Shown in pieces: positions 28,349 to 43,087 of a DNA stretch of 64,000 nucleotides; position 1 is the first letter of the stretch; every line of letters starts with the position of its first letter. Both the position numbers and the translations under genes were made by a program. Source of the stretch: Phoronis australis (Eukaryota > Animalia > Phoronida); assembly GCA_002633005.1 (NCBI GenBank), contig NMRA01000802.1, positions 1 through 64,000 of the forward strand, in the 5' to 3' direction. The notes under the pieces are model-generated. The model was not told the DNA's origin and searched no databases. It worked only from the letters and a program-made list of their open reading frames with translations.

Positions 28349-28504
28349 CAGGGGCGGATCCAGGATTTTGAGTTAGGGGGACCAGGGTAGAGTATCAGCC
28401 AGGATTTTGCCCGTCAGACATTTGCACCCCTGAACTGCTAAATGGAAACTGGGAGAATTTTAGGGGGCCATGGCCCATTTGGCCCCCCTCTAAATCCGCC
28501 ACTG
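28349..28504 (+). mobile_element. GC-rich MITE copy
   Basis: CAGGGGCGGATCCAGGATTTTGAGTTAGGGGG...CTAAATCCGCCACTG. The same head occurs at 24411. Confidence 0.7.
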
Positions 28505-31500
28505 GTACAATGTACACTGTACTAGACTAGCCTTCTTTTTACTATCAAATGTTCTTGTATCGCCTCTTCGCTTCGAAGTGCATTGAGCGCAAACATCGCT
28601 TTTGTTTTCCCTATGCGAATTAAGCGATGCACATTTGTAGTAACGCTCGTGTTTATAATTGCGTTTGGTCGAAATTTACGCATGGGTTTAAAAGTTCCGC
28701 ATGCAAGAGGGGACTGGGTTGGAGACAAAAATTTCGAAGAAGTCAAATTTTCCCAACCCTGCGTCGTGGCGTGTAAGTCGCAAACGTCACGTCGTAGCTG
28801 ATAAATATCGGGTACTCGCAATATGTAGCTGAACTCGCTCAGACATCGCTCTAAATTTGGATGTCTTCGGTTCCAGCGTGAAAAATCACCCCGAGCGGTG
28901 TGCCGAGCCACAAGTGTACTCCCTCTGACTTCATATCTTAGTATTTTATTTGTAGTTGAAGGTGTGTGTATGTTTTGCCATTCCTGTTGGTTGCAAAAAT
29001 TCTTGTTTCTTTCTACATGTAAGTGAAAATCGGTGTCAGTCGTCGATCATTAGGCATCGCTTTTTAAGTTTCCTGTTAACCACTATATTTTGTTTTTGTT
29101 TGTGCTTTAATTGCCAGTTCTGTAATTTCTACTAACAGTTAGCATAACCTGTCGGTCATAATTAGCATACGTGCCAGCACCAACACAATGATAGCGTACA
29201 TGTCGGCCTTCATCAACGTCAGCACCAACATAAACTGCAGATCGTAATTACGGGAGAGAAAATTCAGTGTTCGACGTTGATACGAACTTCATTTCCCGCG
29301 GAGAAGCGGGGTACCAGATATACCTGTAGTATTGCATAAATAGCGCTCAGTGTAGATTATATCTCATAATTCAACATTTCAAACTCTTCGACCAATCATG
29401 TCTTTGACCGTCATTTTGCTATGATATGCTACTAAGGCTTCGAGAATATTCGCCAAACTCTCGCCTTCACTCGTGTGATTTTGACTTGGTCGTGCGTGAT
29501 CTCGCTTTTGTCACTATAAACTTAATCCACAGAACTCCAGATCGTATACTTTAAGTGCTGTATATCTTACAAACGACCACAACTCGGTTTGGTGTCAACT
29601 AAAACAAGGGTTAAGAAATAGAAACGCGTATCCTTAAAGTTTCTGGATTATTAAAACAGGTAATCTGTAAATTTCGTACTATACAAACCAAAACGAATTG
29701 TGATTTTTTTATCATGGTACAAAAAATCCTCAAAGCCGTGTGTCCTTGCATAATCCAACAATAATCAGGGATCAGAATTTTACTGGGACCCTTATTATAT
29801 TTCCACGGTTGTCGTAAGGTGGTGCACGGACTAAGATCAAATATCACGGTTAGTTTTCATGTATAAAATACAACATATGGTTTAATTTGATTTTTTCACC
29901 GTATTCGGTGAAACTTGGGTTTTGTTTACTTCCAGAGATTCTGGTATGGCTGGAAAATGAAGTTACACTGCCTTGTCTTCCCTTGTTTTGCCGGTTCTCG
30001 AATCAAAAGCAGACGATTTTCAAACTGACGTTGTTTAGGGTTATTAGATTGTTACAAATTATAAAAAATATCAACGAAACTTGTTCCTCAACATTCCGCA
30101 CTTAATATCAACCTATATTCTTATTATTTTCAACAAATTCCAGTCTCAAGCCAACTCCGTAACAGGCTAACTTTCGGTCTTAGCTGAGACTACACGTAAT
30201 TTAGATCTTCAATTTGGTCTTATAAACCTTCACCTCTGTCGTCGTTTTAAAATACCAGTAGGCTGACTGACCATATTGGTGAGGGGTACACATACACATT
30301 TGCTCTGTCAAACTTCGCTGCCCCCACCAGCGATCCCAAGGTCAGATACTTCTCTATCGCCACCATTTCAGCCTCCCCGCCAGCCCTACTGGTGAAGGCT
30401 GATTTTCCACCCTGCTCGCTATAGGTGTTCGGACTTTCCTATTTGCCAGCCTGCCGGAATCGGAATATAGCGTTGTCAGGCACATAGAATAAGATTTTTG
30501 GATCTCCCATCGATTATTTTTTTGTAATTAGAAATATGCAATTTTCAAAAGGTCAAACTTGTCCCACGACGGAGCAAGTCTGGCCAACCCCAGTACTTAA
30601 ATGCAGTAAGCTGACTCGTATTTTCATGGTAGCGCCATGTCCAATATTTTCAGCACTATGGAAAATCAAAGCGAATACTAAGTGATTGACGTTATTTGGG
30701 TGTGCATGTCACATGCGTGGAAAACTTTAAAAATTACAGGATCAAAAACCGCTTATCCTGTTTAGCTCACCATTTGAATTAGGCCTTGTACATGTGCATG
30801 TAAATATTACGAAATCCGTTTCAAGTTTCTGTTACAATGATAAAACTTGTTTTTTGTTTCGAAGAACACGCAAATCCTCAACAAGTTAAAAACAAATCCT
30901 CGAATTTATTGGTGTATGGCAACTCTGATTTTAGAAAAATGAGGGCAGTGAATTCCATTCTGAAATAGGTAAGGCACACAACACAACAATAGCGATTTCT
31001 AAGTGTGCATTTATGATTGATGACGCCAGAGGAGTTACAGTGAAGTTACTATACTTTGTTTTGGCATTTTGTCCACGTATTACAAGATTACGCGTGTACT
31101 TTAGAAGGCAGCGCCCAGTGAACAATCGCGACGGAAAATTCGTTGGCATGTTATACATACTTTATCGCCTTGCTCGAGAGAAAGTTTTACAAATTTATTA
31201 AAAACTGCATTTCGTCCATTTTGAGCTGTGCATGTTCAATTCTTAAACAAGCCAGGTGCTGTTACACTTGAATTCATTACCGCGCTCATTGGATCTTGAA
31301 TTGTTGTCGAATGAGCACCAACACAAGACAATGCGTACATTGTCTGTGTTCAAATACGACATTTTGAGGTTAGTCAACCCCTATAAACTCTTTTAAGTCG
31401 TCGGTGGTTCTGATGTTCTTACTAGTAACGGAATCATGTCATACTGTAAGGAGTATTAAGATCATAAAAGACCCTAAGTCGATTTTGGTTTTTAGCCAGC

Positions 31501-32017
31501 TAAACAGGGCGAAATACAGATCTATATGTAGCAACTCGGGCTTCCTTAGACATTATAATATTATACAAGTAAGTGCTCAAACGCATCAGTAAAGCATTTG
31601 AAGTTTGTTTAGTAACGGCTTAACCACGCTCATTTCATACAATATTTATCATTTTTGGCACGACGTTATAATGTATATGTATAAGTTACGATTTGGAAAA
31701 ATGCATGTATTTGCCACCAAGTCGGACTTTCGTCTTTTTTAACGGAATTTTAAGGAACTAAACCTGGTTTTCGATAGGCTAAAATATACAGGGGTATGCA
31801 TTGAAGATTTATTTTCTTTCCTCCACCGTGACCATTTACCCTTAACTTCAGTGCACGCCGCATATTTATAAAATAGACGCACTAAAGCTCGTTGTCACTT
31901 CTTTAAACTTTGAGGAAACTTGTTTCCAGGCAAAACACTTTTTAACCAACCGTGTCAATGTTACATGTACCTTGACATCCAGAACGATTTTACATGTTCA
32001 CGTAATCCTGCTTTCTC

Positions 32018-33037
32018 GGACTGTTCTAAACCCCCCTCGAACCCCACGAGTCCCTCGACCCACGACCCTCTCGACCCAAAATTCCCTACGACCCACGACC
32101 TTCAACCCGTGCGACCCACGACCTGTGGCACTGGATGTATCTTAGCGCTTTTTACCAGAGGCGGATAAACAGGGGGGATTCAGGGGGTTCAACACCCCCT
32201 CGGGACAGGATCAGAAATAAACATTGAAAAAAATTCGCTAGAAAAACGAAATCTGCTACTAAAAAATGTTACACCTTAGGAGGGAAACCCTCTCCCGACC
32301 TTCCTTCCTCTCTGTGCTACGCGCCTCGGATTCGCTCGATTCCTACCCCCCTCCCCGTTGAAAACGTAGATCTGCCACTGTTTACACAAGTCATAATCAT
32401 ATTACGTCGCTCAGTGAATTTCCCATAAGACACAAGTACATGAAAGTCTGCTCTGGCTCAAGTCTGGTGGTTAAAAACGGAAAGTGGCGTGAGAACGTGA
32501 TCTGTTGTGAGTGCGATATCGTTGCCACGAAATTAGTTCCACGAGCCGTTAGCAATGGTCCTGTACAACGGGAGAGAGAACGTTAACGTAAATACACGTA
32601 ATATAACAGTTTAGCTGTTTTCTGTTGTATACTCATTTAGGATATATTCCATATAAGGCTGAAATATCTTTTAGTTAACAATTTGTTTTTATAACTGAAT
32701 TTACTGAAGAAATTACATATTCCCCGGTTCTTTGTACTCTCCCGAAAGGCTTGATTGTGTCATTCACTGAAGAGCGGACGAGACGATTACCCTCTGCCTG
32801 GAACGACATTTATAACGTTGGTAGGTCTTTGATTTGATTTGGTCTTGTAATTTTTTTATTTTTGTGCTGTTTTTTGGCTTTCGACTTCCTTAATTGCAAA
32901 AAAGAAAACCAGCCGAGTTCACGGCCCAACTCGTTAGTCCTGCAAGTCAGTGCTTGTTCTATGTTCAGAGAGGAGTCGAGGCTGTGTAGGGAGTTGGGGT
33001 CGTGGGTCGCAGGGGTCGTGGGGTTTTAGAACAATCC
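32018..33037. mobile_element. Non-autonomous MULE-like element
   Basis: TIRs GGACTGTTCTAAA and TTTAGAACAATCC. 9-bp TSD tgctttctc/tgctttcac (1 mismatch). Subterminal CGACCCACGACC repeats at both ends, in opposite orientation. Confidence 0.7.
32156..32380. mobile_element. GC-rich hAT-like MITE (CAG.GGCGGAT...ATCTGCCACTG) nested in the MULE-like element
   Basis: Short TIRs shared with family members at 12464, 24411, 27768, 28349 and 48073. No clean TSD was found. Confidence 0.55.
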
Positions 33038-36000
33038 TGCTTTCACTGCACTAACACTCAGATAGAAGTTTTACCTAGTCACCAAAGTAAAAGTCTGCAA
33101 GTTATTGTCAAATGCACGTGCTATCATAGACTATAGTACATGGACCGCCAACTCCGTATATTTTCAATGGACGAAATCTGTGATCTTACGCATCAGCCCT
33201 GACGTCACTTTCCACTAGCGACACCAGGCAAAATTAGCAAGGTTTAATTCTGGCAAGTACGTCGTCTGCTAACCGTGGTCATTTCGTCGGGATTTGGATT
33301 GGCCATTTTACTTAACCCACATCCGTGTTTAAATAAATTGAACGCTCGTAAACGTAAACTTTTTAAATAAAGCTCACATTAATAACCCCAAAATAACGAC
33401 CAGGCCTGCTCAAAAACCAATCTCGCACTTCAACAGGAGTTTAATTGACGTTTCATTTTAAGCTCAAATGCACGCCCGTGCCGCTCAAAATTTCTGGACT
33501 CAACTGTTGGAAGAACTTGAACAACGTTTCAATGTCGATATTGGTTTGTACTAGACAGTGAAATACTGAGATGCGAGTTTTTCCCGTCACAATACAATAA
33601 CCGGAAACTGAAATTGGTAATTTAGGAGAGTGGAGTCTCCTCTATGGTACTACCCAAGGAAATGTCGGAGATGCGAATGTGTTGTCTTTAATTTATGCTG
33701 CCATAAAACTTTTGTAATATATAAGCTCTGATTATTGTAAATATAGATCATTTGACACAAAATACTGTAATCCTAGATAACCTGTGATTGTCATTTTGTT
33801 ATTCGTCGCCTTCCGGTCACATGTAGATATAATGTCTAATTCAGTTACGTTCAGTTGCCACATGTCTTCCGGTGGAAGCGTTAACGCAGGACGCAGTAAA
33901 TGCAAGTTCCTGGAAACTGAAAGCTTGGTACATAATTAAGCCAGCGGGAAATCAACATGATAACAACGTTCTTCTCTATCACTGTTTGGTTGACATGTCG
34001 TGCTTTTGTCATATATGTATTAAATGCGACAAACATAGAATTCCACTCGTTTAATCTGTCTCAAGAATAGGCAAGTTGTTGTGTTTTGGGAATTATTGAT
34101 ACAAAGTTTGGTTATCTGTTGAAAAATACATATACAGATTTGATATGATTTTGTTCACATTTGAAAGCTTACAAAGCCTTTCTTTACAGAGTCGAGATAG
34201 ATCGAGTTGATGCATACCTAATCTTAAGAAAATGTGTGATTTCTGTCCTAGCTGTGCTGAGAAATTCAGTCAATCAGCGAGTGGCAAACAGAACTAGTCC
34301 TTAGTTCGATTTAAGACGTATTTTGAATACCGTGAACAAGAGATGCGATGAAGACGATTGCCAAGATATCAGTGCCTATCCAAATAGCCTTAATATTTAA
34401 TCAACGGGATAATCTAAGTATTTCATTTTACTCCAAAAAATGATTAGCCCCTCAAATACGTTGCAAAAGCTGATATTACGATGTAGTAATGTACATGATA
34501 ACGTCACACGGAAATGAATGAAATTCGTATCGACAAAGCGTGCTTCTAAAAATGCCGGTCTATCCCCAGCGTCGTTCCCAAGCCTCAAGATGGCAATGAT
34601 CGGTTTAAACGCTCGGTGACGAAAAATTCATTCACTGGTCAGAATTCTGACATATTTTTACTGAAATCTCCGGAATATCACGTGTGATATTAAGTTATAT
34701 CGTATCTGCTGTAGGAAATACAAAGAAATCGAAATGAGCGGTATACATGCATCAATCTAGGGTTAGTTCATTGAAAATTTGATGTACATGTATTCGAATT
34801 CAAAAGCAGGATAATTCAAATGGTGCTTTCAATAAAACAGAATTGACAATAAGTACACGATCGTCTTTTATTTCAATCAATAACGAAAACAATATCTTTT
34901 GCTTTCGACTCACATTGTTAGCAACAATAACGCCTGTGACAAGAGTTAAAATCTGCGTTTGCGTCTTGCTTAGTTTCTGAAAAAAGTAATCAAATCTATC
35001 ACGACAAAGAAGTAAGGAGCAAAATCTTCACGAACTTGTATTTACGTATTAAGAGATACATAACCGTTTTAAGGTTTTTTGTGTCGCTTTTGTCAATGGT
35101 GAACGTAGTCTTCGGCCAATTAGCGCGCAGAAAGGATATCTCCTCATTGTGCCTCAAATGGCTAATTCAATCGACGCCTTAAGGGTTAGGGACGAGGCTG
35201 CCAGGGTTGCAAAAAAGATTGCACAGATCTCCTTGTAGTGTTAAAGAATGTTTATAAATATTGTATACTTTTGAAACACTTTGCTAAATACATGTAAACC
35301 TATAGATTTGAATGATACGAAAGTGTTACAATTGTTGTGTTACTTTTGTGACTCTTACTGTTAAACTCAATGAAGTTTAGCTGACTTTAGTTGACAGGGC
35401 CGTTACAAAAGGCAAATTAAGAACAATAAAATGTGAGGACAAAAATATATTCAAAAGAGAATATGCAAAATTGCTGAACGATTGTTTGCTGAAAGGTCAC
35501 TTTAAAGTACATGTACAAACAAAGTATATATTTGCCGTATCAGATCAGTACATGTTTTTGTATGCGAGGGTGTATATGTGTGCCCTATTTTGTGATGATC
35601 CTCAAGTTTGCTTACATTTCCTTCTGTAAATATCACCGAGGGGTGTGCCTCTCGGTTACATCACACGAGAGCAGGACAGCGGGGGTGGCTGAAGAGAACA
35701 AAGGGAACCTGTTGTATCAACAAGATAATCATGATGCGTTATTAAGTGTTTTCCAAACAGCTGTTGCACCGTCTCTTATTAGGAATTCAAAGATAATATT
35801 GTACGCACCTTGAGCAAATTTTAGACTTAGGATTGGACGGCAATTTATTTAACAAGTCACTGTAATGTCTTAGTGAAGCACGATGTTATGGAAGGTCCGC
35901 CACCCATTCTTCGGATAAAATATGCAAAAAAACTTACAAGGTTGGAGTCTAACACCATCTATAGTGAATTCAGACAAACGAAACAATCAAACAGACTCAC

Positions 36001-39000
36001 ATTTTGCCACTTTATATCTTTCCTAATATTCCATTCTTAACTTTAATTATTGTCTTTAATTACTGAATGTCAAGGTTCGGTATGCTCAGGGAACAGAGCG
36101 TTTTGCTCAGATTCCCCGCAGAAAGCACTTGGCACGAGGGTTCACGTGCACACCGCAATAACTTGTAGTTGTCTAGGTGAAACCGTGGCGACTGGTATAA
36201 GTGTAGGGCCTGGGCAGTCGAAAAAAAACAAGACATAACGAGACATATTGAAATGACAAATTTAAGAGAATCTTTGTCAACAACGCTGTGGTGTCCCTGG
36301 CCATGACAGTATGTGAAAATTTCAGTGAATGAATCTGCCATTTTTGAAATAAAATGTTCTGAATTTAGCCATAATTGGACACTTTTCAAGGATGTCTCTC
36401 AGAGGGTCATTCAACAATGGAAGAACTAACTGTCATTCTTTTCCAGGTTTTCAATGATACAGCCTGTCATAATAAAGGGCCCCCGGAGCAATTGTCTCCC
36501 TACAAATCCGGCACTGCCATCCCTTCACGAAGTGAAATAGAAAAATAATAGATGTGAGACTGTACTGAAAAAACAGCATTGGCCGACGTTAAAAGGATGG
36601 AAGATTGAAGAACTTGAGACCACTCTTTTTGAATCACAAAAACATATTCTTGGTGGTTTCCCAACGATTAAGGACACTTACCACAGATGATTCCAAGAAT
36701 ACTATCTTTTGTCAAGAACGTCTTTAAGAATGCATTGTCGATTAAGAGGGAGCTATCTGGAGGAAACTCCCACACGTCGATAACACTGTCGCTGTATGAT
36801 GTTTGATGTGTGCTTGTTTTAAGGATTAAGTAATGATATGGCAATTGTAAACACATATTTCTGCCATTTTGGAGAGGTAATGCATCTCATGAACCGTAAC
36901 TAGCTACCTTTCTTTGTGAGTGAAACTCATTTTTATCGAAGTATGGAGAAGTTATTGACATGCGTTTCTATTACTTTCCTCTGCTATACGTTATGCCGTT
37001 GTAGAGACAAATGTTATGTAAAACTGTCCATATTTGGCTGACTGCGGAACGTCATATTATCAATGATATCGGTTTGATACAAAACTAACAAACATACTGC
37101 ATGTATGGTCTATACACTGTTCTCCAAAACGCATTAAGAAGTGAGTTTTTAAAATTTTCCTCTGTTGCGAGAGGAGTATCAAAAGTATGCGTGATTTCCA
37201 TAAACAATCAAAAGTTGATCAAATACATGTATGATTAAAATAAACCGAAAACGAAATAGTTTTTTTGAAAACTGTCGCAGGGTTTTTGAAATTCCGAACA
37301 TGGCTATCAATATCTAGTGAATATTGATGCCGCTATTCTGATATGAATGTAATTTTTGCCCACTTCCATAGGACTTACGTTTCCACGATGGACATTTTCT
37401 CTCCCTTTTAGCGGAATCACTTCTCATTGTATTTGTGTTTTGGGACGAAGATTTTAAACAACAGTGTGTTTCAGAGTTATGATGCACACCGTCAACTCAT
37501 TTCCCGTGCCTTGCTATGATCCTTGCTCAAGGGAAATTATTTATAGTGCAGTTAACGTCATTTTTGCTTCACGTTAAATGTCCAGAATGGTGATCGACAC
37601 GGTTGTGCAAATAAACTACCTAATTAGTGTAATCATTATCAAATCGTTGCACACACGCGATAACAAATATACTGTCACACTTTGCTTCCGTTGAAGTTGA
37701 GTGATTTTGGTATGCAGTCTTTCTGACGAGCCACTAAATCATTACGATAGGCCATCCCAGGTGGTTCGTTAAGCTTTTATGGAATGCATGTCGGTTGGGA
37801 TGTCTACAGTCAATAAAAATTTTCTGACTTGAAGCAGAGAAGAAATCCCAATTGTTTTTGGTATTTCTAGCTTACGGCGCTTTTGCCTTTGTCTACTACT
37901 GTGATACTACCAACGGACTCTCGTCGAATGTGGTTATGTCAAGAGAAGCTATAATTCGCATACATGTAATATCGCCATTTTAACTTAGGTAACGTAGGGC
38001 ATACATGTACGTCAATGTTTGCTACAGTCTCTGCTGCAAGCCTTGCTCGGGGATTCTTCGAGCGACAGATTAGATATTGTTGCTGGAGAGATGAAGTGCC
38101 GTTCACTGGCTCTAAGTCTGGGGGTGGGTCCGTAACGCTAGTCACTCGCGAGAAACTAAACTTGAGAAATCTTATTTGGCTCATGAAACGCAATTGAATC
38201 CAGTGATTTTCCTGCAATTCAATATTGTAATTGCTCTGTCCTTTCATTTCAGTGGCGGTTACTCGAGCGGTGTACGTTTACTGTCTTCTAGTCTATAGAT
38301 AGCTTAGGTACTCAGCTTACTCGCGAAACTTTCAGTAACGATATCGTGACATGCGAGTAACTCAAGGGTGATACTGCCAAACTCGCAACTTCATACTAGC
38401 CTTAAAGGAGAATGCCACCCGATTTAAATAGTCTTTTTTACCGTCTTAGTCGGTCTATATCCACATCACTTCGTATACATCGATCTTACCTAGCCGAGAG
38501 GTGTCGCGTTGTGAGGAAGCTGAGAAACGACGCAGCGACGTCAGTGGTTCTTCGGCAGAGTGGTGCCGCTATGCTGTGGCGTATCGTTACCCGTTGTGCG
38601 AACTATGAAGCTGCGAGGAAAGCGGCTATATCGTCTTCCGATTTTCTTGGGAGCCCATAATGCTTCGGAAGTGGCTCGTGGTAGTGAAGAATGAAAAGTG
38701 AGCCGTTAATACCAAGTATGAGGCCATGAAACTTATCCGTGTCTGTGAGTGGCCTGCATTTCGTCGGATCGGTTGTTGGTCAGTTTTTGATTATGGGGAA
38801 TTGTAGTTGGCCATGAAAACATAAACAATTACAATGAATTCAAAGCGTGAGAACAAACATGTAACGTTTTATATAACCTGTTTAATGACTGTCTCGTTCG
38901 TGAGGCTTCTGTTTGGTCCTCTGGGTGTAGGATGTTTTCGCCAGTTTTTTTCCGGCTCAGCCCTGAAAAAGTCGTAAGTAAACCCATTTTAGATGCGGTC

Positions 39001-42000
39001 TTAAATCAGGATTGTCCGTGAGACTCATTTGCGCTTCTCCAAGAATTCGTTTCACCTGCGGAATTTCGTGGCAGCAAGCGCAAGCGTCAGTCGCTTCCAT
39101 TACCGTGCGGTTAGCTCCTGGACAAGTCATTCAATCGGTTTTTGGAACTATTCATATGTTTTGTTGTCTGTACTCGTTCACGGAGCCTCTCTATTATTTG
39201 ATCATCAATGTATTCCTGCGAAACCTAACCTTCAGCCTGTGAGGTCTTCGTCACGATTGCGAGTTGCCACGTTAACGTTTAAATTTTGCGTTCTGTTTCA
39301 AAAGGAACTATTCTCACCCTAACAAATGCTTATATTAAACTGAAACAAAGTCTGTCTCATTTGATAAAGTTTGTAATGCCTTGGAGTGTTCGAGAGTGAA
39401 AATGTTTTGAGAAGCCAGCAAGGAATAAATCAGTGCGTTACCGGCTTTAGATGTACACTAATTAACTAATTGACCGGGCACCGAGGCCGCTTGTGAGCGC
39501 ATGCTCAATGTTTGTTGACAGATAGCTGTTGTGAAACAATAATTCGATTTTATATCCTATGGCCAGATGTTAAAGGAATCTTTATTTAGACATTCATATA
39601 CATTATTCAAATCATTGTTACTGTAAAACTTTTGCCCTGATGGTTCTGTGAAAGGATAAGCTGACTTCGCGGCCCCGACGAGCTAGTAAGTAGATTTGCA
39701 GTTTCCCGGCTAATTCACCTAAATAATCAGCGTGCACATTTTTTTTTCTTTGGTTCATTAGTATAGCCTTTTCGTGACTGGAAGTTTAGTTTCCAACTTT
39801 GACTGATTTATGTTCTTATGTTCCACAGTGATGTCTTGAATCAGGCCGCGATGGGCCAGATTGTTCCGAGCCACTGGCCGGGATAGCAAGCGTTTTAAGT
39901 GTTTAGAACTGAAAAATCGCAAGTCTAAATTTACAACACGCAGCAATGTTAGCCTGTCTGCATTTCAGCGAACAGACCCCAAACTCCCGCGACCGACCTT
40001 GGTAAATTGGCCAACTGAACATTGTAGGTTACGGTACGTTGAGATACCTAAAAGTCCGTAACAGCGAAATATAATAACACGTTTTTTCAATATTCCGATG
40101 TATTTGTAAGGGTTTTAAATCGAATTTTGATGATTTATTGGTGTAAAACGATGAATTCAAGCGATAGGCTGACACCAGTAAGGATGTTGTGAACTGCTTA
40201 ACAGACTGCATTTGAACCTCTGACGTCATTGGTTAATTTCAACACCTACGTCTGCCGTCAGGTGTCAGGCAAAAGAGCTGTACTTGCTGTTATTGACTGG
40301 AACTACTCGATCTAAATTGATACTAAATAGGTTGTTTTTTGGGTGGCATTCTCCCTTAATGAACGTACCCTGTTCTGTTAACTAAAAGTTGGTGGAAACA
40401 CGTAAATTTGACCAATAAGACGACTAAACCTCAAACTTTCCCATTTGTGTGTGTTACGCATCAAAGCGAACCACTGTTTTTAATCCTGGTACAAAGTAAA
40501 CCCTTTAGCCGCGGGTGTTTGTGTTCTCAATCAATAGTCGCTTAAGTATTTAATCCCTGTCACCGAAGAAATCTCAAACAGTTGTCAAATGCAAATGGCC
40601 TCAGTTTGAACGCCGTCGCTGAGCGCGTGCGCACAGTGTTTTTTCACGTCATGCCTTTTGACGTCCCAAAAACAGCACGGCGGTGTTGGAAAATTTGTGT
40701 CATTAGGAAAAAGAGGGAGACGTCCTTTAGGACTGAGTCAGAAAGAGAACACGAACGAAAGAATTACGTGCAAACCAGAAGACGGGCCAGGCATACAATT
40801 AGATGCCCCGTCTCAGTGAGTCCGGCAGATATTGCAGAATGAACTGGATGTTTTCCAACAACCATTGGGCTATCTTGACAAGGTTTTATAGCGGATCGGC
40901 TACCAATTAAGTTAATATTTACCCGCGGAACCAGATCAGTGTTCGATGTCAATAAGATTTCAGTTTCTGCCTGCTCTAGTTTGACGTTACTCCGTCACTT
41001 CCCGTTGCATATAGGTCAGGTAGTGCTCTTAATAATTAATTCATGTAACCAGTCAACCGTTTGTCAACAAGGGTGCGGGACGCTCCCGAGAGCTAGGAGA
41101 GTTTAAGTAAGTACAAAACGGAATCTTAAAACCTGGCAACGGATTTATCACTGTATTCAGTTAATGAGCAAACAACGTGATAAGTCATAAGTACGTTAAC
41201 CACACAAAACAAAAAACCCGTTTGATATTGTAATCTTGCAATAGAAAGTTTAGCAGCGCTTGATGCTCATCATGTACATTGTAGTTATCTGTGCAATTAA
41301 AATATTTATTAATTTAACTGTAATCATTGGCAAGTACAGACATACAATTAAACTTTAAAGTTAAACTACTAACAAATAAATTATTTAAGATGCAACAGAA
41401 TATATATAATACAAATTCACGTTCATATACACCCACTTCGTAGAGTACACAACAAAATATGTGGCAAATCTAAAGATGGAAACAAAGACGCTTAAACCTA
41501 AGCTAACAGAAATTCTATTTCCAGCGTGAGTCTCGAGAAAATTGTATTTTCTGTAAAAATTGAAATATGGAATATATTGAGATCCACTGAGCTACAGCTT
41601 AAGAGGTACCTGCGTGATTTTCTGTATAAAAGCTGCAGTTTATAATTACAAGTACGATAATGAGTCTTCTTGATTCAGAGATCTATAACTATACACAGCT
41701 ATTATACACAAAAATAATATGGAGTACAATCGAAAAAATTGTAAGTTACCGCTCTGTTTCCATTCTAGTGTAAACGGTATTCACCAAAACTTTTGTACTA
41801 AAACTAAGAGATTCAGTTTAACACACACTATTAAATCAGGAAGTGATTATCGACATCTCTGCAATATTTGTTGTTGCTTGTTGATGTGGAAAACGTTGGC
41901 GAGGGAGCACCAATTAACACCCACGATGACGGAATCTGACAACATCCGGCGGAGTATGGCATTATGGGTACCATGACTGAAACGGGAAATGCGTCAGTAT

Positions 42001-42494
42001 ATTACATGTATCTCTGCCGAGCGAAAAATTACAACAGTTTTATACAACAACCTTACATGAAGTCTCATCTTCAAGTTGTGTCATGAAATTAACATTTCAT
42101 TTAAAGCGTTTCAGTTATAAAACATTGCAAAACTTTATAATACTCTATGAATTATTTATTTATTTTAATGTATCTTGTGGACAATTAAACACTGGTTGTC
42201 TAATTAAGGATATTTAAGTGACCATTCGACCCAGCGTTTACACTTGATAATGAAATATTTTAAAACTTTGCTATATAATTGTTAAAATCTGTTGCACTTT
42301 TCAATCAAGCCTCCGGAGTCCAAGTTTAAATAGATTCAAGTGAATCACTAGCTTTAATTAACTACGACAGGTAGTTAAATCAATAACAGCCTACAAGCAC
42401 TGACAATGTCTCAAACTGTTGCTCTGTTAACACCAGAAAATAGTAATTCGATTTTCGACATTCACTGGCGCGTCTGCTTTTCCCAGTGAATGTT

Positions 42495-42517
42495 TCATCT
42501 TTGACGAAATAGCTTTA
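42495..42517 (-). CDS. IGFBP-like gene, candidate terminal coding exon (V)KLFRQR*
   Basis: Acceptor ctgttattacag|TA completes the phase-1 codon GTA and reads KLFRQR-TGA. It is followed by about 1.2 kb of AT-rich, UTR-like sequence with AATAAA on the - strand near 42155 and 41305. Short and speculative. Confidence 0.4.
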
Positions 42518-43087
42518 CTGTAATAACAGGAATGATAGGCATAGAAATGTCAGTATTATAAAAGGCTGGAAGAATTACCGATCCCGCACCAGTTACCCAC
42601 ATACAGTGTGTGTACATGTATATTCCACCATTACGATTACCGCCAAGTGGTGTGCTTGTACTCCTGCGTGGCAGTTTCTTTTCGAGATCTTAACGAGGAC
42701 TCAATTTTTCTGTATTTTCTTAACGAGAACCACTTAAAATTATTCACTAGAGACAAAGTGGGGTTAGCGGAAAACTTACATGTAATTGTTGCCATCTAAA
42801 TTAACATTTGCTGTCTCGCATGATACTGCGTTCTATCATGGGTTCTATCGTGACTTACACATGACCGTTGCCTCACGGTGGTATTGCGTACAAAGATTAC
42901 CAGCATTTTGAACATATAAACATGTAATAAATTGTATGTTTACCCACGTGGTCCTAGTTCTTGCATGTATCAGTGGCACAATTTCGCAGCATCGTTAGAA
43001 AGGTTTGAAAATGAGGTGTGTGATAAATATCTGCTACAGCTACGTATTTTGCACGCCATGAAGCGATGTGATCAGCACGAGACCAAT

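Noticed and set aside
31243-31362. - strand 'LCWCSF...C' as the IGFBP thyroglobulin exon
   Set aside because: It lacks the preceding QC, the CWCV..G pattern and a clear acceptor; probably chance.
36675-36870. - strand exon candidate ending in a strong TG|gtaagt donor
   Set aside because: No recognisable domain and no compatible partner exons; adjacent to repeat-derived sequence.
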